Source: Minisyncoccota bacterium (GTDB lineage Bacteria; Patescibacteriota; Microgenomatia; PFEM01; JAFGMK01). Taken from it: a DNA stretch of 64,000 nucleotides. Shown piece after piece: positions 35,576-45,799 of this stretch (position 1 is its first letter; each line of letters begins with the position of its first letter). The notes below the pieces were generated by a model. The model was given only the letters and a program-made list of their open reading frames with translations. It had not been told where the DNA came from and made no database searches. The stretch lies in contig JAFGMK010000013.1 in the NCBI GenBank assembly GCA_016927565.1, positions 8,796 to 72,795 on the forward strand, in the 5' to 3' direction. The translations under genes were made by a program, and so were the position numbers.

Positions 35576-36361
35576 ATGTTTCCGATCCTTTTTCAAACTG
35601 GTTCTTACCGTTTTTCTTCTCTTGGTTTTTTAGTGGGTTCGGGATTTTTTGTCAGCCTTTTTCTGATTTGGCGCCGATTGCGGGAAATGGGATTGGAAGA
35701 GGAAAAAATCATTGACGTTTATCTCTTGGCTAGCTTAATGGGAGCGATCTTCTCCCGGATTTTTTATGTTCTGGGCCATCCGCTTGCTTTTGGATTTGAC
35801 TTAGTTAAATGGTTTCATTTCGGCCGCTTTCCGGGTTTTTCTTTTATTGCCGGGGTTTTAATTTTTCTGATTTTTTTTGGTTATTTTGCCAAAAAAAATA
35901 AATGGAATTTTTACAAGATCAGTGATGAGCTTGTTTTTGGCCTGACTCTCTTTTTGAGTCTGGCTGCTGTCGGCCAGTTTCTGGACGGTAGTAATCTAGG
36001 AGGGGAAACCGGTTTTTTTTGGGGAGTTTTTTTTCCGGGAGATTTAGTCAGACGCCATCCGGTCAGTCTCTTTGAAGGGGTCTTGTTTTTATTGCTTTGG
36101 TTTTTTTTGATAAAGATTGAACGGCGCTGGCGGTCCTGGTCATGGTACAAGAGCAAGAAAGAGGGTTTTTTGCTGATTGTTTTTTTAGGCTTGGTATTTC
36201 TGATTAAATTCTTACTTGCCTTTTTAAAACCGGCTGGGTTATACTCAACTTGGGCAGAAAGAATAATTTATGGCCTCCTGGTTTTGTCGGCTGGAGCTTG
36301 GCTCTATTATCGTTCAGGCCGGAGGCTGAAAAAGGAAAAAAAATGGCGCAAAAAAATCTGA
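35576..36361 (+). CDS. lgt: prolipoprotein diacylglyceryl transferase
   Basis: Polytopic. N-terminal FPILFQ..., central G-rich loop and C-terminal RRHPVSLFEGVLFLLLWFFL resemble the Lgt signature region. Confidence 0.65.
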   Translation: MFPILFQTGSYRFSSLGFLVGSGFFVSLFLIWRRLREMGLEEEKIIDVYLLASLMGAIFSRIFYVLGHPLAFGFDLVKWFHFGRFPGFSFIAGVLIFLIFFGYFAKKNKWNFYKISDELVFGLTLFLSLAAVGQFLDGSNLGGETGFFWGVFFPGDLVRRHPVSLFEGVLFLLLWFFLIKIERRWRSWSWYKSKKEGFLLIVFLGLVFLIKFLLAFLKPAGLYSTWAERIIYGLLVLSAGAWLYYRSGRRLKKEKKWRKKI

Positions 36362-36720
36362 TTCAATTTCCGCTTCAGATTCTGAAGCCGATCAAGAATT
36401 TTTTAACCAGGGAAGAAAGCCGCTTAAGAAAAACAAAAGCAGATTTGACTAAGGAGGATCCTTTTACCGATGTGGCCCGGGTAGCTGATAACGCTGCAGT
36501 TGATACTGATGCTGCTGAGCAGGAAAGTCATGCCCGGGTGTCAGCGATCAAAAAAGAAATTGACCGGAGATTGATTCAAATCAGGCAAGCGTTGACCCGG
36601 CTTAAGCTGGGAAAATACGGCAATTGCGAAAAATGCGGCCGAATGATTTCCACCGATCGGTTAATGGTCCGTCCTGAAGCAACGACTTGCATTAATTGCG
36701 AAAAGAAAAAAAATCAATAG
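36343..36720 (+). CDS. DksA/TraR-family C4 zinc-finger protein
   Basis: A coiled-coil region followed by CEKCGRMISTDRLMVRPEATTCINC. The start at 36343 overlaps the lgt stop. Confidence 0.7.
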   Translation: MAQKNLIQFPLQILKPIKNFLTREESRLRKTKADLTKEDPFTDVARVADNAAVDTDAAEQESHARVSAIKKEIDRRLIQIRQALTRLKLGKYGNCEKCGRMISTDRLMVRPEATTCINCEKKKNQ

Positions 36721-37499
36721 GAAGCAGGAAAAGCGTGGCTTCTCAAGATACCCCGGAGGTTGTTTATCAGGACCGTCATTTTCTTGTTCTTAATAAACCG
36801 GCGGGCTTGATAGTCAATCGGGCTAAAAGTGTTAAAGGGCCTACTCTCCAGGATTGGATAGAGCAGAACTTTTCTTTGGAAGAAAATCGGGAAAATCTTG
36901 ATTTTATTAAAAGAAGCGGTTTGGTTCACCGGTTGGACAAAGACACTTCAGGCTTGATTTTAGTTGCCAGAACAGCCGGCGATTTTAAACGTCTCCAGGC
37001 TCTTTTTAAAAAAAGAAAAATTAAGAAAAGATATCTGGCTCTGGTCCACGGACAATTGCCCTGCCGGGGGAGAATCGAGATTCCTATTGGGCGGAATCCT
37101 TATCAGCGGGGCAGATTTCGGGTGACTTTTAGTGGAAAGAAAGCGCTGACTGATTATGAAACGCTTAGAATCTATCAGAAAAGCAAAAGAAACAAAGAAT
37201 TATTTTCTTTATTAGCGCTTTTTCCTTCGACAGGACGAACGCACCAGTTGCGGGTACATTTAAAACATCTCCATCGGCCGATCGTCGCTGATCCTTTTTA
37301 TGTTGGCCGGAAAACCTATCGGGAAGATCAATCCTGGTGTCCGAGGCTTTTTTTACACGCCAGCGATTTAAGATTCCGCCATCCCGAAACCGGCCGGAAG
37401 GTGTTTTTTTCAATCAATTTGCCTGAAACCCTAAGAAAGGTCTTGAAAGAATTAAGTGTATATGAAAAAGTTCAGCTTCAAAATTCTAACGAAGGATAA
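36696..37499 (+). CDS. RluA-family pseudouridine synthase
   Basis: Catalytic HRLDKDTSGLILVA motif. Confidence 0.85.
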   Translation: MRKEKKSIGSRKSVASQDTPEVVYQDRHFLVLNKPAGLIVNRAKSVKGPTLQDWIEQNFSLEENRENLDFIKRSGLVHRLDKDTSGLILVARTAGDFKRLQALFKKRKIKKRYLALVHGQLPCRGRIEIPIGRNPYQRGRFRVTFSGKKALTDYETLRIYQKSKRNKELFSLLALFPSTGRTHQLRVHLKHLHRPIVADPFYVGRKTYREDQSWCPRLFLHASDLRFRHPETGRKVFFSINLPETLRKVLKELSVYEKVQLQNSNEG

Positions 37500-38616
37500 A
37501 AAAACTCAGGCCCGAACGGGCTTGATTACTACCCTTAGCGGCAAAAAAATCTTTACCCCGGCTTTTGTTCCTGTCGGAACCCAGGCTACGGTTAAAAGTC
37601 TTTCGCCTGAGGATTTGCTGAAGATTGGAGTGCAGGTGATTTTTGTTAACTCTTATCACCTTCATCTCCGGCCCGGAGAGAGAACAGTTAAAAATTTGGG
37701 TGGCCTTAGTAATTTTATGAAATGGGCTGGCCCGATCATGACTGACAGCGGCGGTTTCCAGGTTTTTTCCCTGGGGAACGGTAAAAGGAAGCAGGCCTTA
37801 GGCTTGACCGGCGGAAATTTGGTTAAAACCAGTTCTGAAGGAGTCCGATTTCGATCTCATCTTGACGGTAAGTATTGTTTTTTGACTCCCCGGAAGGCGA
37901 TTCGGATTCAAAAAGACTTGGGTTCGGATATAATGATGGCTCTCGATGACTGCTCGGCTTACCCGGTGACTTTTAAAAGAGCTCGAAAAGCGATGGAACG
38001 AACTCATCTTTGGGCTCAGGAATCAATTCGCTGTCGTCAGCGGCTCGATCTTTCCGGAGCTCTCTACGGGATAATTCAGGGATCAGTTTTCAAATCTTTG
38101 CGGTTGGAATCAGCCAAATTTATAACCTCTCTGCCTTTTGACGGGATTGCTGTCGGTGGTTTGGCGGTGGGGGAAAGCAAACGGCAGATGAGGCAGGTGA
38201 TGAAATGGCTTGCTCCCTGGTTGCCGGAAACAAAGCCATGTCATCTGCTCGGCGTAGGTGAATTAGACGATATTGTGGATCTGGTCCAGTCCGGAGTCGA
38301 TACTTTTGATTGTGTAATGCCGACCAGATTGGGAAGGATGGGATGGATTATTGGCCAAAACGGGCGGTATGAGATTGCTAAGAAAGAATTCAGCAATGAT
38401 TGGCGGCCTCCGGACACTGGTTGCAAATGCTGGGTTTGTTGCCAGTTTAGCCGGGCTTATCTCCATCATCTTTTCCGCTCGAGGGAATTGTTGGCTTACC
38501 GTCTGGCCAGCTATCATAATTTGAGTTTTATGATTAGTTTTCTGGCAAAGATCAGAAAGAGTCTTAATGAAGGAACCTTTTCCCGGCTGGTGAGGAAGTT
38601 CAGAAATGAAAGCTAA
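37456..38616 (+). CDS. tgt: queuine tRNA-ribosyltransferase (tRNA-guanine transglycosylase)
   Basis: TIM-barrel motifs (PAFVPVGT, MTDSGGFQ, LDDC) and the C-terminal zinc site CKCWVCC...H. Confidence 0.9.
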   Translation: MYMKKFSFKILTKDKKTQARTGLITTLSGKKIFTPAFVPVGTQATVKSLSPEDLLKIGVQVIFVNSYHLHLRPGERTVKNLGGLSNFMKWAGPIMTDSGGFQVFSLGNGKRKQALGLTGGNLVKTSSEGVRFRSHLDGKYCFLTPRKAIRIQKDLGSDIMMALDDCSAYPVTFKRARKAMERTHLWAQESIRCRQRLDLSGALYGIIQGSVFKSLRLESAKFITSLPFDGIAVGGLAVGESKRQMRQVMKWLAPWLPETKPCHLLGVGELDDIVDLVQSGVDTFDCVMPTRLGRMGWIIGQNGRYEIAKKEFSNDWRPPDTGCKCWVCCQFSRAYLHHLFRSRELLAYRLASYHNLSFMISFLAKIRKSLNEGTFSRLVRKFRNES

Positions 38617-39580
38617 AAGAGAAAAAATAACTCAAAAGAAGAAGAAAAGGCGGCTTTTTGCCGGAAAGTTATTTCTGATAGCCGGTGGTTTGATTCTGCT
38701 GGTTTTGGGCCTGGTTTTGTTCAGATTTTTTCATCATTCCATCTTGCCGAAAGAGGGGCGCATCACGATCGGCCTCGGCCCGAAACCGCTGGTATTGGTT
38801 TCTTATTCGAAAGAAGAAGAAACCTTGGTTTTTTTATTGATTCCTGAAAAAATTTTGCTTCCGGCCGCTTATGGTTACGGCCAATATCGGATTGAGGCTT
38901 TTAAACGTTTGGCTGAATTGACAAATCGACCGTCTCTGCTTCAGGAAAGTTTATCATCCAGTTTAGCTTTGCCGCTTCATGGCTGGATAGAACAGCCGCA
39001 TTCTTTGCCGGAAGAGACCACTGGTCGCACTTTAAAAAAATGGTTTTTAGAGCAGATTAAGGAAAAACTTCTCGGTAAAGGCCAAACTGCTTTATTTCCG
39101 CTGGACCTTTTAAGATCGTGGTGGCTGATTTTGAGAAGTCCGGCTGCCAAGATCAGGGTTTTGACTTTGGCTGAGGATCGGGGCTTAAGAGAATCCGTTT
39201 TGCCTGACGGCAGTTTCTTTTGGGAATTTGCTGAAGAGGAAACCGATCAATTAGTTAAGGAGTTTTTTTCTGAAGGGCAAATTAAAAAAGAAAAAATTGC
39301 CATTGGGATTGCGAACGCTACCGGAAAGACCGGGTTAGCCAAAAAGGCAGCTCGCCTGGTGACTAATTTAGGCGGATCCGTGGTTGAGGTAACTGATTGG
39401 CCTTCATCCTTGACGAATTCTGTCCTCAGAATTGATCCTGATCGGGAAATTACTTTTTCAATTGAAAAAGTAGCCCGAGCTTTTAACTGCGAAATAAAAA
39501 GAATAAGCCCGGAGCCTTTTGCGGTTGATGCTCTTATGATTGTAGGTGAAGATTTTTCCCAAAAGATCGGTTTTGATTAG
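38606..39580 (+). CDS. membrane-anchored protein with a LytR C-terminal-like domain (possible LCP family)
   Basis: N-terminal TM. The C-terminal IAIGIANATGKTGLAKKAARLVTNLGGSVVEV resembles LytR_C. Confidence 0.4.
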   Translation: MKAKREKITQKKKKRRLFAGKLFLIAGGLILLVLGLVLFRFFHHSILPKEGRITIGLGPKPLVLVSYSKEEETLVFLLIPEKILLPAAYGYGQYRIEAFKRLAELTNRPSLLQESLSSSLALPLHGWIEQPHSLPEETTGRTLKKWFLEQIKEKLLGKGQTALFPLDLLRSWWLILRSPAAKIRVLTLAEDRGLRESVLPDGSFFWEFAEEETDQLVKEFFSEGQIKKEKIAIGIANATGKTGLAKKAARLVTNLGGSVVEVTDWPSSLTNSVLRIDPDREITFSIEKVARAFNCEIKRISPEPFAVDALMIVGEDFSQKIGFD

Positions 39581-40290
39581 TTCGCGCTTTCCTCTTCGCC
39601 CGTAGGAGTCATTTCGGGTTTATCCTCGTCAAATTTTCTTCGACGGAGAGGCAGAGGGGGTTCTTTAGGCGAAGGTTGAAAAGAAGGTTGATTGGCCAGA
39701 TTTGGGCTTCTTTTCGTCTCCCGGATAAAAATTTGCAGGTTTTTTCTGCCAATGCTTTTAATCCAGGCTTCGTACCGATTACCGCCGGCAATCAATTTTA
39801 AAAGCCGGAAAGACAGATCATCGGGAAGGATGCCGAGATAGCGCTGGCAATGGTCTCTGACTGAAATGAATCTGGTTTTAGGAATCAATTCAACCGGACT
39901 GGCACAATCGAGGGTGTTTAAAACCGGAGTGGGGGCAATTCTTAATAAGTTGACTACCTTGGTTTTGCCTGATTCTTCCAGAAATAAAGAAGGGGTTTTT
40001 TTTGTCGGTTTTTCCGGTGTTGTTACGACTGAGTTTTTGTTTTGGGGAAGCCTTTTTAAATTCTTTCTGGCGATCGGATTGTTTTTATCAATTGAAAGAA
40101 CTTTTTTATAACTGGCTCTGGCTTTTTGGTTCTGGCCGAGCTTGGTATAAGCCCAGGCCAAACGATTAAGGGCAGTAGTGTTCTGAGATTGAAGCTTTAG
40201 AAAACATAGATTAAATTCAACGGCTTTAGGCCAATTTTCCCGGACGGCGGCCTTAATCGCTTGTTTTTCTAAACTTTCAGCAGACGGCAT
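39577..40290 (-). CDS. TPR-repeat protein with a basic or disordered C-terminus
   Basis: N-terminal TPR-like repeats (AWAYTKLGQNQKARASYKKVLSID). Confidence 0.5.
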   Translation of the reverse strand: MPSAESLEKQAIKAAVRENWPKAVEFNLCFLKLQSQNTTALNRLAWAYTKLGQNQKARASYKKVLSIDKNNPIARKNLKRLPQNKNSVVTTPEKPTKKTPSLFLEESGKTKVVNLLRIAPTPVLNTLDCASPVELIPKTRFISVRDHCQRYLGILPDDLSFRLLKLIAGGNRYEAWIKSIGRKNLQIFIRETKRSPNLANQPSFQPSPKEPPLPLRRRKFDEDKPEMTPTGEEESAN

Positions 40291-40422
40291 TAAGAGATAA
40301 AATACTATGTTGGCCGGGAACTTGTCAAGGGGGAGGTCCGGATGGTTTTTTTATGCTAAAATATCAGCAGGCAGTTTTTTCTTTTACTAGTTGATTAAAA
40401 ATTAAAGGAGGGGATTTTTATT

Positions 40423-41151
40423 ATGTCCGGACATTCAAAATGGAGCACGATTAAGCATCAAAAAGAAGCCAAGGATAAAAAAAGGGGCAATATTTTTACT
40501 AAACTTTCCCGGGTGATTACGGTCGCGGTTATTAAAGGAGGTTCAGCGGACAGCGAAACAAACTTCAGTCTGCGCCTGGCGATTGATCGGGCGAGAGCCG
40601 CCAATATGCCCAAAGAAAATATCCAAAAAGCAATTGACCGGGCCGGCAGTAAAGGAGGGGAGGGGGGTCAGGGTTTGACTGAGGTAGTGTATGAAGGTTT
40701 TGGGCCTCACCAAATTGCTCTTGTGATTGAAGCTCTAACTGATAACACCAATCGGACTGTAGCCGAACTCAAAAAACTTTTAGAGAGGGGAGGGGGGAGT
40801 TTGGCTTCGCCCGGTTCCACCAGCTATCTTTTTGAAAAGATGGGGCTTTTGGCGGTGGCAAAAAAGGGCGATATTGAAACAATGATGTTGAAATTAATTG
40901 ATCTGGGAGCCGAAGACGTCGGGGAAAAGGAAGAAGAAATTATTGTTTATACAAAAGCAGAAAACCTGGGCAGAATGAGGGATCAGGTTGCTCTGGAAAA
41001 AAACTTTGAAATAACCAGGGCGGAAATAGTGATGAGGCCAAAGGTGGTTGTTAAGATTCCGGAAGTGTCTAAAAGTAAAAAAATTCAGAATTTTCTGGAT
41101 TCCCTTGAAGAACATGATGATGTTCAGAGAGTCTTTGCCAACATTGGCTGA
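40423..41151 (+). CDS. yebC: YebC/PmpR-family transcriptional regulator
   Basis: MSGHSKWSTIKHQKEAKDKKRG N-terminus is diagnostic. Confidence 0.9.
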   Translation: MSGHSKWSTIKHQKEAKDKKRGNIFTKLSRVITVAVIKGGSADSETNFSLRLAIDRARAANMPKENIQKAIDRAGSKGGEGGQGLTEVVYEGFGPHQIALVIEALTDNTNRTVAELKKLLERGGGSLASPGSTSYLFEKMGLLAVAKKGDIETMMLKLIDLGAEDVGEKEEEIIVYTKAENLGRMRDQVALEKNFEITRAEIVMRPKVVVKIPEVSKSKKIQNFLDSLEEHDDVQRVFANIG

Positions 41152-41160
41152 ATCAGGTTT

Positions 41161-41931
41161 ATGTCTAAAAGAAGAAGAATAATTATAACTGCCTTGCTGC
41201 TTTCTTCGGGCTTGGCGGCCATTCCCACCGAAATTGTTGTTTATCGTTATTGGGCGATTTTCGGTTTGTCCTTATTGGCCCTTTTACTAAGCGGCTGGTC
41301 ATTAAGGGAAAATTTAAATGGGATTGAATGGCTGACGGTCTTGATTCTGCCTTTTCTTTTTACCGGAGGTGTGGGTTTTTTTTACTTTCTCCTGTCATCT
41401 GCCTGGACGGCCCGGTTGCCGGTAATAGTATTATTTGCTCTGGGAATTTATGTTCTTTTATTAACCGAAAACATTTTTTCAGTTGCCAGCGTCAGAAACA
41501 TTCAACTTTTCCGGTCGGCGCAAGCCACTGGTTTTCTTTTGACTTTGCTGACGGCTTTTTTTCTTTTTGATACTGTTTTTTCTTTCCGGCTGTCACCCTG
41601 GCTGAATTTTCTTGTCTGTTTTCCGCTGGGTTTTTTACTTTTCTTTCAGGGTCTTTGGTCAGTAGTTCTAAGGGAAAAATTTTCCCCCAGAATATTATAT
41701 TTGGGTTTGGTTTTAGCTTTGGTTTTGGCTGAAATCGCCCTGGGAATTTCTTTTTGGCCTCTGGCAGTGTCCACTAGCAGTCTTTTCCTGATTACCGCTC
41801 TTTATGTTTTGCTTGGTTTGGTTCAAGGCAACTTACAGGAAAGGCTTTTTAAAAACACGATCAAAGAATATCTCTGGGTTGGAATGACGGTTTTGTTAAC
41901 GGTTTTGTTAACTACCCGCTGGGGAAGATAA
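41161..41931 (+). CDS. polytopic membrane protein, hypothetical
   Basis: Seven to eight hydrophobic segments with no recognised motifs. Confidence 0.5.
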   Translation: MSKRRRIIITALLLSSGLAAIPTEIVVYRYWAIFGLSLLALLLSGWSLRENLNGIEWLTVLILPFLFTGGVGFFYFLLSSAWTARLPVIVLFALGIYVLLLTENIFSVASVRNIQLFRSAQATGFLLTLLTAFFLFDTVFSFRLSPWLNFLVCFPLGFLLFFQGLWSVVLREKFSPRILYLGLVLALVLAEIALGISFWPLAVSTSSLFLITALYVLLGLVQGNLQERLFKNTIKEYLWVGMTVLLTVLLTTRWGR

Positions 41932-42375
41932 ACCGGAAAGGGGAGAGGAGTAAAGAGGATCACATCCTATAATAATTTAAGTTATCTAGTTTTCACAAAA
42001 AAAATTCTTTTTTCACAAAAAAAGCAATTCTTAACAGGTTTTGCTAATTTTTTTAAAAAAACGGTCAGGTTTCAAACGGGTAGACCGGGGCGAGCAGAGG
42101 GTTACATCTCCCTTCCCGTTTTTAGGCTTAAAATTGAAGAAAAGATAGCTGTTTCGAGCAAAACGAAGTAATTTTTGGGATAATTTTTTGATATTGTTTG
42201 ATATAGTATCCAAGTCCGGCTGTGGAAAACTGGAAATGCATAAAAAATAACCTTGCTTCTTTTCGTAAAAAAAGGCTAGACCATAATTTATTAAATATTT
42301 TATTTTTCAATTAATAAGATTACTTTCCCCTGAAGAAGAAAAGCGGAAACTATTCTGCGGTGGAGAATCAATTTG

Positions 42376-42391
42376 ATTAATGTCGCACAAT
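42376..42391. repeat. direct repeat copy A (ATTAATGTCGCACAAT)
   Basis: 15/16 identical to 43004-43019, lying 628 bp apart upstream of the Xer-like recombinase gene. Confidence 0.6.
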
Positions 42392-43003
42392 GATACTTTT
42401 GCGACAATCTTGGGCAATCGACTCGGGGGAGAGTGTGGCAGGTTCAAAATCGGCCGTTTCGGACTTTCTAAAATAAAAAAAATTTTTAACCTGGGCATTT
42501 TTTTATATTTTTCTTAAAAAGAATTAAAATCAGCCTTCTTTTATTTTCCGTTTTTTCTTGTTCTTCTTCAGCCTGAAATAAAATCAGACTCCCCTGCCCT
42601 TTTTTGATTAAAAAAAGAAGGGTTTTTTCATCATTGCCTAAATAAAGAGGTCTTAGATGAACGCTGGTGACTTGGCTAAGTTTGAAATATCTTGGGTTTT
42701 TTTGTTTTTTTATCCAAAATAAGATAGAATAATTTATTATTTTATTTTGAAAATATGATATCAAAAGAAAGACCCACTGTAATAGTCAGATACGGCGGCC
42801 AGGATGAAACTGAACAATTACAATCGGCTCTTGCCAAATTGGGAATGAGGGGGATCAGCACCGATCCCGGTGATTCACCCCGGATGCGGGTTTACATTCC
42901 CGGCAAAATGGGTTTTTTAACTCTGACTTCGGGTCTGGAACAGGAAATTGCCAACCTGGTGAATTTCGAGATAAACTTCCGTCTTTTGGAATGAACTCCA
43001 ACT

Positions 43004-43019
43004 ATTCATGTCGCACAAT
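43004..43019. repeat. direct repeat copy B (ATTCATGTCGCACAAT)
   Basis: See copy A; located 200 bp upstream of the recombinase start. Confidence 0.6.
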
Positions 43020-43220
43020 AGTTGATTATTTTAAAAAAAAATGCTATGCTTCAGCCAGTCCATTTCAGCCTGCCCGGTTTGGGAAAATGGGTGGGAAGTT
43101 TTTTTGATTGGTTAAGAAAAAAATAAATTTTTTGGCAATGCGAAATATCTAAAACTATAGGACTACTCCCCTTCCCCATTATAGGGTATCAGTCAGATAA
43201 AAATTAGTTATTAGTCAGAA

Positions 43221-44177
43221 ATGAAAAGAAATTTGAGTCTGAATCAATTAATTGAAGAGTTTTTAGAAGGCCTGGAAATCGAAAAGAACTGTTCTCCTTT
43301 GACGATTCGCAACTATCATCACTATCTGAACCGATTTGCCGGCTGGTTTACCCAAAATTTTCCCAAAAGTAGCCTGGCAAATCTGGATTTGGATAAAGTT
43401 AGAAAATTCAGGATTCATTTAGCCCGATTTACGGGTCAAAACGGGCAAAAGCTCTCTCTTGTCACTCAATCTTACCATGTGATAGCCTTGCGCTCCTTCT
43501 TAAAGTGGCTTAGAAAGTTTGATTATAAGACGCTGGCCCCGGAAAAGATTGACCTGCCGAAGGTTAAATCCCGGTCGTTGAAGTTCCTTAACACCATTCA
43601 AACGGAGCGGCTGCTGGCTCAGCCGGGTCTGTCGACTCTTCGCGGCCTTCGGGATAAAGCAATTTTGGAAATAATATTTTCTACAGGACTTCGTGTTTCC
43701 GAAACTGCAAAATTGGATCGGAACCAATTGGATTTGGACCGGCGGGAATTCGGAGTAGTAGGTAAGGGTGGTCGGGCAAGGGTTGTTTTTTTATCTCCCC
43801 GGGCGGCTAAATGGGTAGGTCGTTATTTGGAGAAAAGAAAAGATAATTTTAAACCATTGTTTATTGCCCACCGGGAAAAAGAAGATCAGGAAAAAATAGC
43901 GGAGAATCGGTCTGACGAACAAATGAGACTAAGCCCCCGGACAATTCAGCGGCTGGTAAAAAAATATGCCCGAAAAGCCAAGTTGCCGATCGAGGTGACT
44001 CCCCATGTTCTTCGTCACAGTTTTGCGACCGATCTTTTGATGGCTGGAGCTGACCTGCGATCGGTCCAGGAAATGCTGGGTCACAAGAACATTGCTACCA
44101 CTCAGATCTATACTCATGTCACTAACCGCCAGCTAAAAGACGTCCACGCTGCTTTTCATGGCAAGGGAGGTAATTAA
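43221..44177 (+). CDS. site-specific tyrosine recombinase, XerC/XerD family
   Basis: N-terminal SAM-like core-binding domain. Catalytic R...HxxR...Y: LRVSE, HVLRHSFATDLL and IATTQIYTHV. Confidence 0.85.
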   Translation: MKRNLSLNQLIEEFLEGLEIEKNCSPLTIRNYHHYLNRFAGWFTQNFPKSSLANLDLDKVRKFRIHLARFTGQNGQKLSLVTQSYHVIALRSFLKWLRKFDYKTLAPEKIDLPKVKSRSLKFLNTIQTERLLAQPGLSTLRGLRDKAILEIIFSTGLRVSETAKLDRNQLDLDRREFGVVGKGGRARVVFLSPRAAKWVGRYLEKRKDNFKPLFIAHREKEDQEKIAENRSDEQMRLSPRTIQRLVKKYARKAKLPIEVTPHVLRHSFATDLLMAGADLRSVQEMLGHKNIATTQIYTHVTNRQLKDVHAAFHGKGGN

Positions 44178-44386
44178 AAGTTTTCACTGGGGACTTAGGG
44201 GTCCGGGCGGCGGGTTCGATAGGATCTGGATGATTGACTCCAGAGACTGCAACCGTATTTTTAACGGATTATGGCCAAAAAACTGGTTCTTTAAGAAAAA
44301 AAGGTGCGGGACTTGTATTTCAATGATTCAGTTCATTGAACTATTTTTTATCGGGCGGGGGTGAGATAATAATGGGGTCTGATGGA

Positions 44387-45475
44387 TTAATAAAAACAGA
44401 CATAGGGTGAGATTTTGAGGATTTGGAGGCGCTGATTGGCTAACCAGGCAAGGTTTTTAACTCTCCCCTTCCCTCTTAACTTAAGGATTTTTTTGGCGGA
44501 AATTGGGCCAAGACCCGGAACTTTTAGAAGAGTCCAGTAGTCGGCCCGGTTAAGATTAACCGGGAAGAAATGGGGGTGTTTTTGAGCCCAAAGGGTTTTA
44601 GGATCAGTGTTTTCGGATAAGAAACCGTTTCGGTCAACCGGAATATCCTGAGGCAGAAAATGATAGAAGCGCATTAGAAAATCAGCTTGATAAAGCCGGT
44701 GTTCTCGAGTAAGAGAAACCGCCGGTTTGTTTTCCAGAGGTGTTTGTTTAACCGGCCGGAAGGCCGAATAGAAGACCCTCTTGAAAGAAAAGGTCTGATA
44801 TAAAAAATGGGTCATTTTGATAATTTCCCAATCTTTTTCCGAACCCGCACCGACGACAAATTGGGTAGTCAGACTGGGATTTTTCCGGCCGCTGAATTTT
44901 CTTTTTTCAAAAACTTTCTTGATTTCGGCTAGAGTGGAGAAAAAGCCCTTTTTTAAAGTTTTATCCGGTGATAATGAGATCAGGCTTTCTTCGGTGGGCG
45001 CTTCGATATTGAGAGAAATCCGGTTCGCGATTCCGGCCGTTTCCTCAATGCAGGAAAGCGACGCTCCGGGCATCAATTTGAGGTGAATATAGCCTTGATA
45101 CCGGTATTTTTGCCGGAGAATGTTAACAGTGTTGATCATTGAGGTCATAGTCCGATCGGCACTGTCTGAGATGCCTGAGGAAAGAAATAATCCTTGGACT
45201 AAACGGCGGGAATAAGCTGACCAGAAAGCCCGAGCCATTTCTTCGGGAGTGGTATTGACCCGCAAATAATTCCGATCACGCCGAAAAGCACAATAGTGAC
45301 AGTTATTCCGGCAAAAATTAGACTGCAAAACTTTAAAGATTTTACAAGTGTATCTCCCGCCGACTTTGGCTTCATAAACACCGGGAATATCAGTCGTTTG
45401 GCCAAAATCTTTTGGGCCGCAGGTATCATACTGTGCTCCAGGTCCGAGGATGGCAATTTTTTGGCCCAAGTCCAT
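44387..45475 (-). CDS. radical SAM protein with C-terminal helix-hairpin-helix; putative DNA modification/repair radical SAM family
   Basis: CRNNCHYC (CX3CX2C) cluster motif and C-terminal LLKVPGLGPISAKKIL HhH. Confidence 0.65.
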   Translation of the reverse strand: MDLGQKIAILGPGAQYDTCGPKDFGQTTDIPGVYEAKVGGRYTCKIFKVLQSNFCRNNCHYCAFRRDRNYLRVNTTPEEMARAFWSAYSRRLVQGLFLSSGISDSADRTMTSMINTVNILRQKYRYQGYIHLKLMPGASLSCIEETAGIANRISLNIEAPTEESLISLSPDKTLKKGFFSTLAEIKKVFEKRKFSGRKNPSLTTQFVVGAGSEKDWEIIKMTHFLYQTFSFKRVFYSAFRPVKQTPLENKPAVSLTREHRLYQADFLMRFYHFLPQDIPVDRNGFLSENTDPKTLWAQKHPHFFPVNLNRADYWTLLKVPGLGPISAKKILKLRGKGRVKNLAWLANQRLQILKISPYVCFY

Positions 45476-45545
45476 TCTTTTAATCTACCCATAAAAAACC
45501 CAAAAGTCAAGAGGTTAAAACAGCGGCAACGGTCAGTAAAAATTT

Positions 45546-45761
45546 CTAAACTTCTTTTTTAAAGAGAAAAATCAGTCCGAACGCGATTAGGGCATAAGGC
45601 CAGTATTCCAAGCTGTCGGGTAAATGTTTTTCCGCTAAAGCCACGACGCCAATAGTAATCAAGGCAATGGCGGCCATAGGCAAAGTGTTTTTTTCTTCTT
45701 CCTTTTTTTCTGTTTTTTCTTCAGCTGATTTTTTAACTTTCTTTTTAGGCATTTCTTTCAC
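45546..45761 (-). CDS. small (71 aa) membrane protein with charged N-terminus
   Basis: Strong GGAGG RBS and one or two TM segments (IALITIGVVALAEKHLP...ALIAFGLIFLFKK). Confidence 0.5.
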   Translation of the reverse strand: MKEMPKKKVKKSAEEKTEKKEEEKNTLPMAAIALITIGVVALAEKHLPDSLEYWPYALIAFGLIFLFKKEV

Positions 45762-45799
45762 CTCCCTTATTTGCGAATATAAAATGGATAAAGACCGGT

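Noticed and set aside
42376-43019. Considered whether the 16-bp direct repeats near the Xer-like recombinase are a canonical dif site.
   Set aside because: They are direct rather than inverted 11-bp arms around a 6-bp spacer. They do not match the known dif consensus, so they are reported only as candidate recombination sites.
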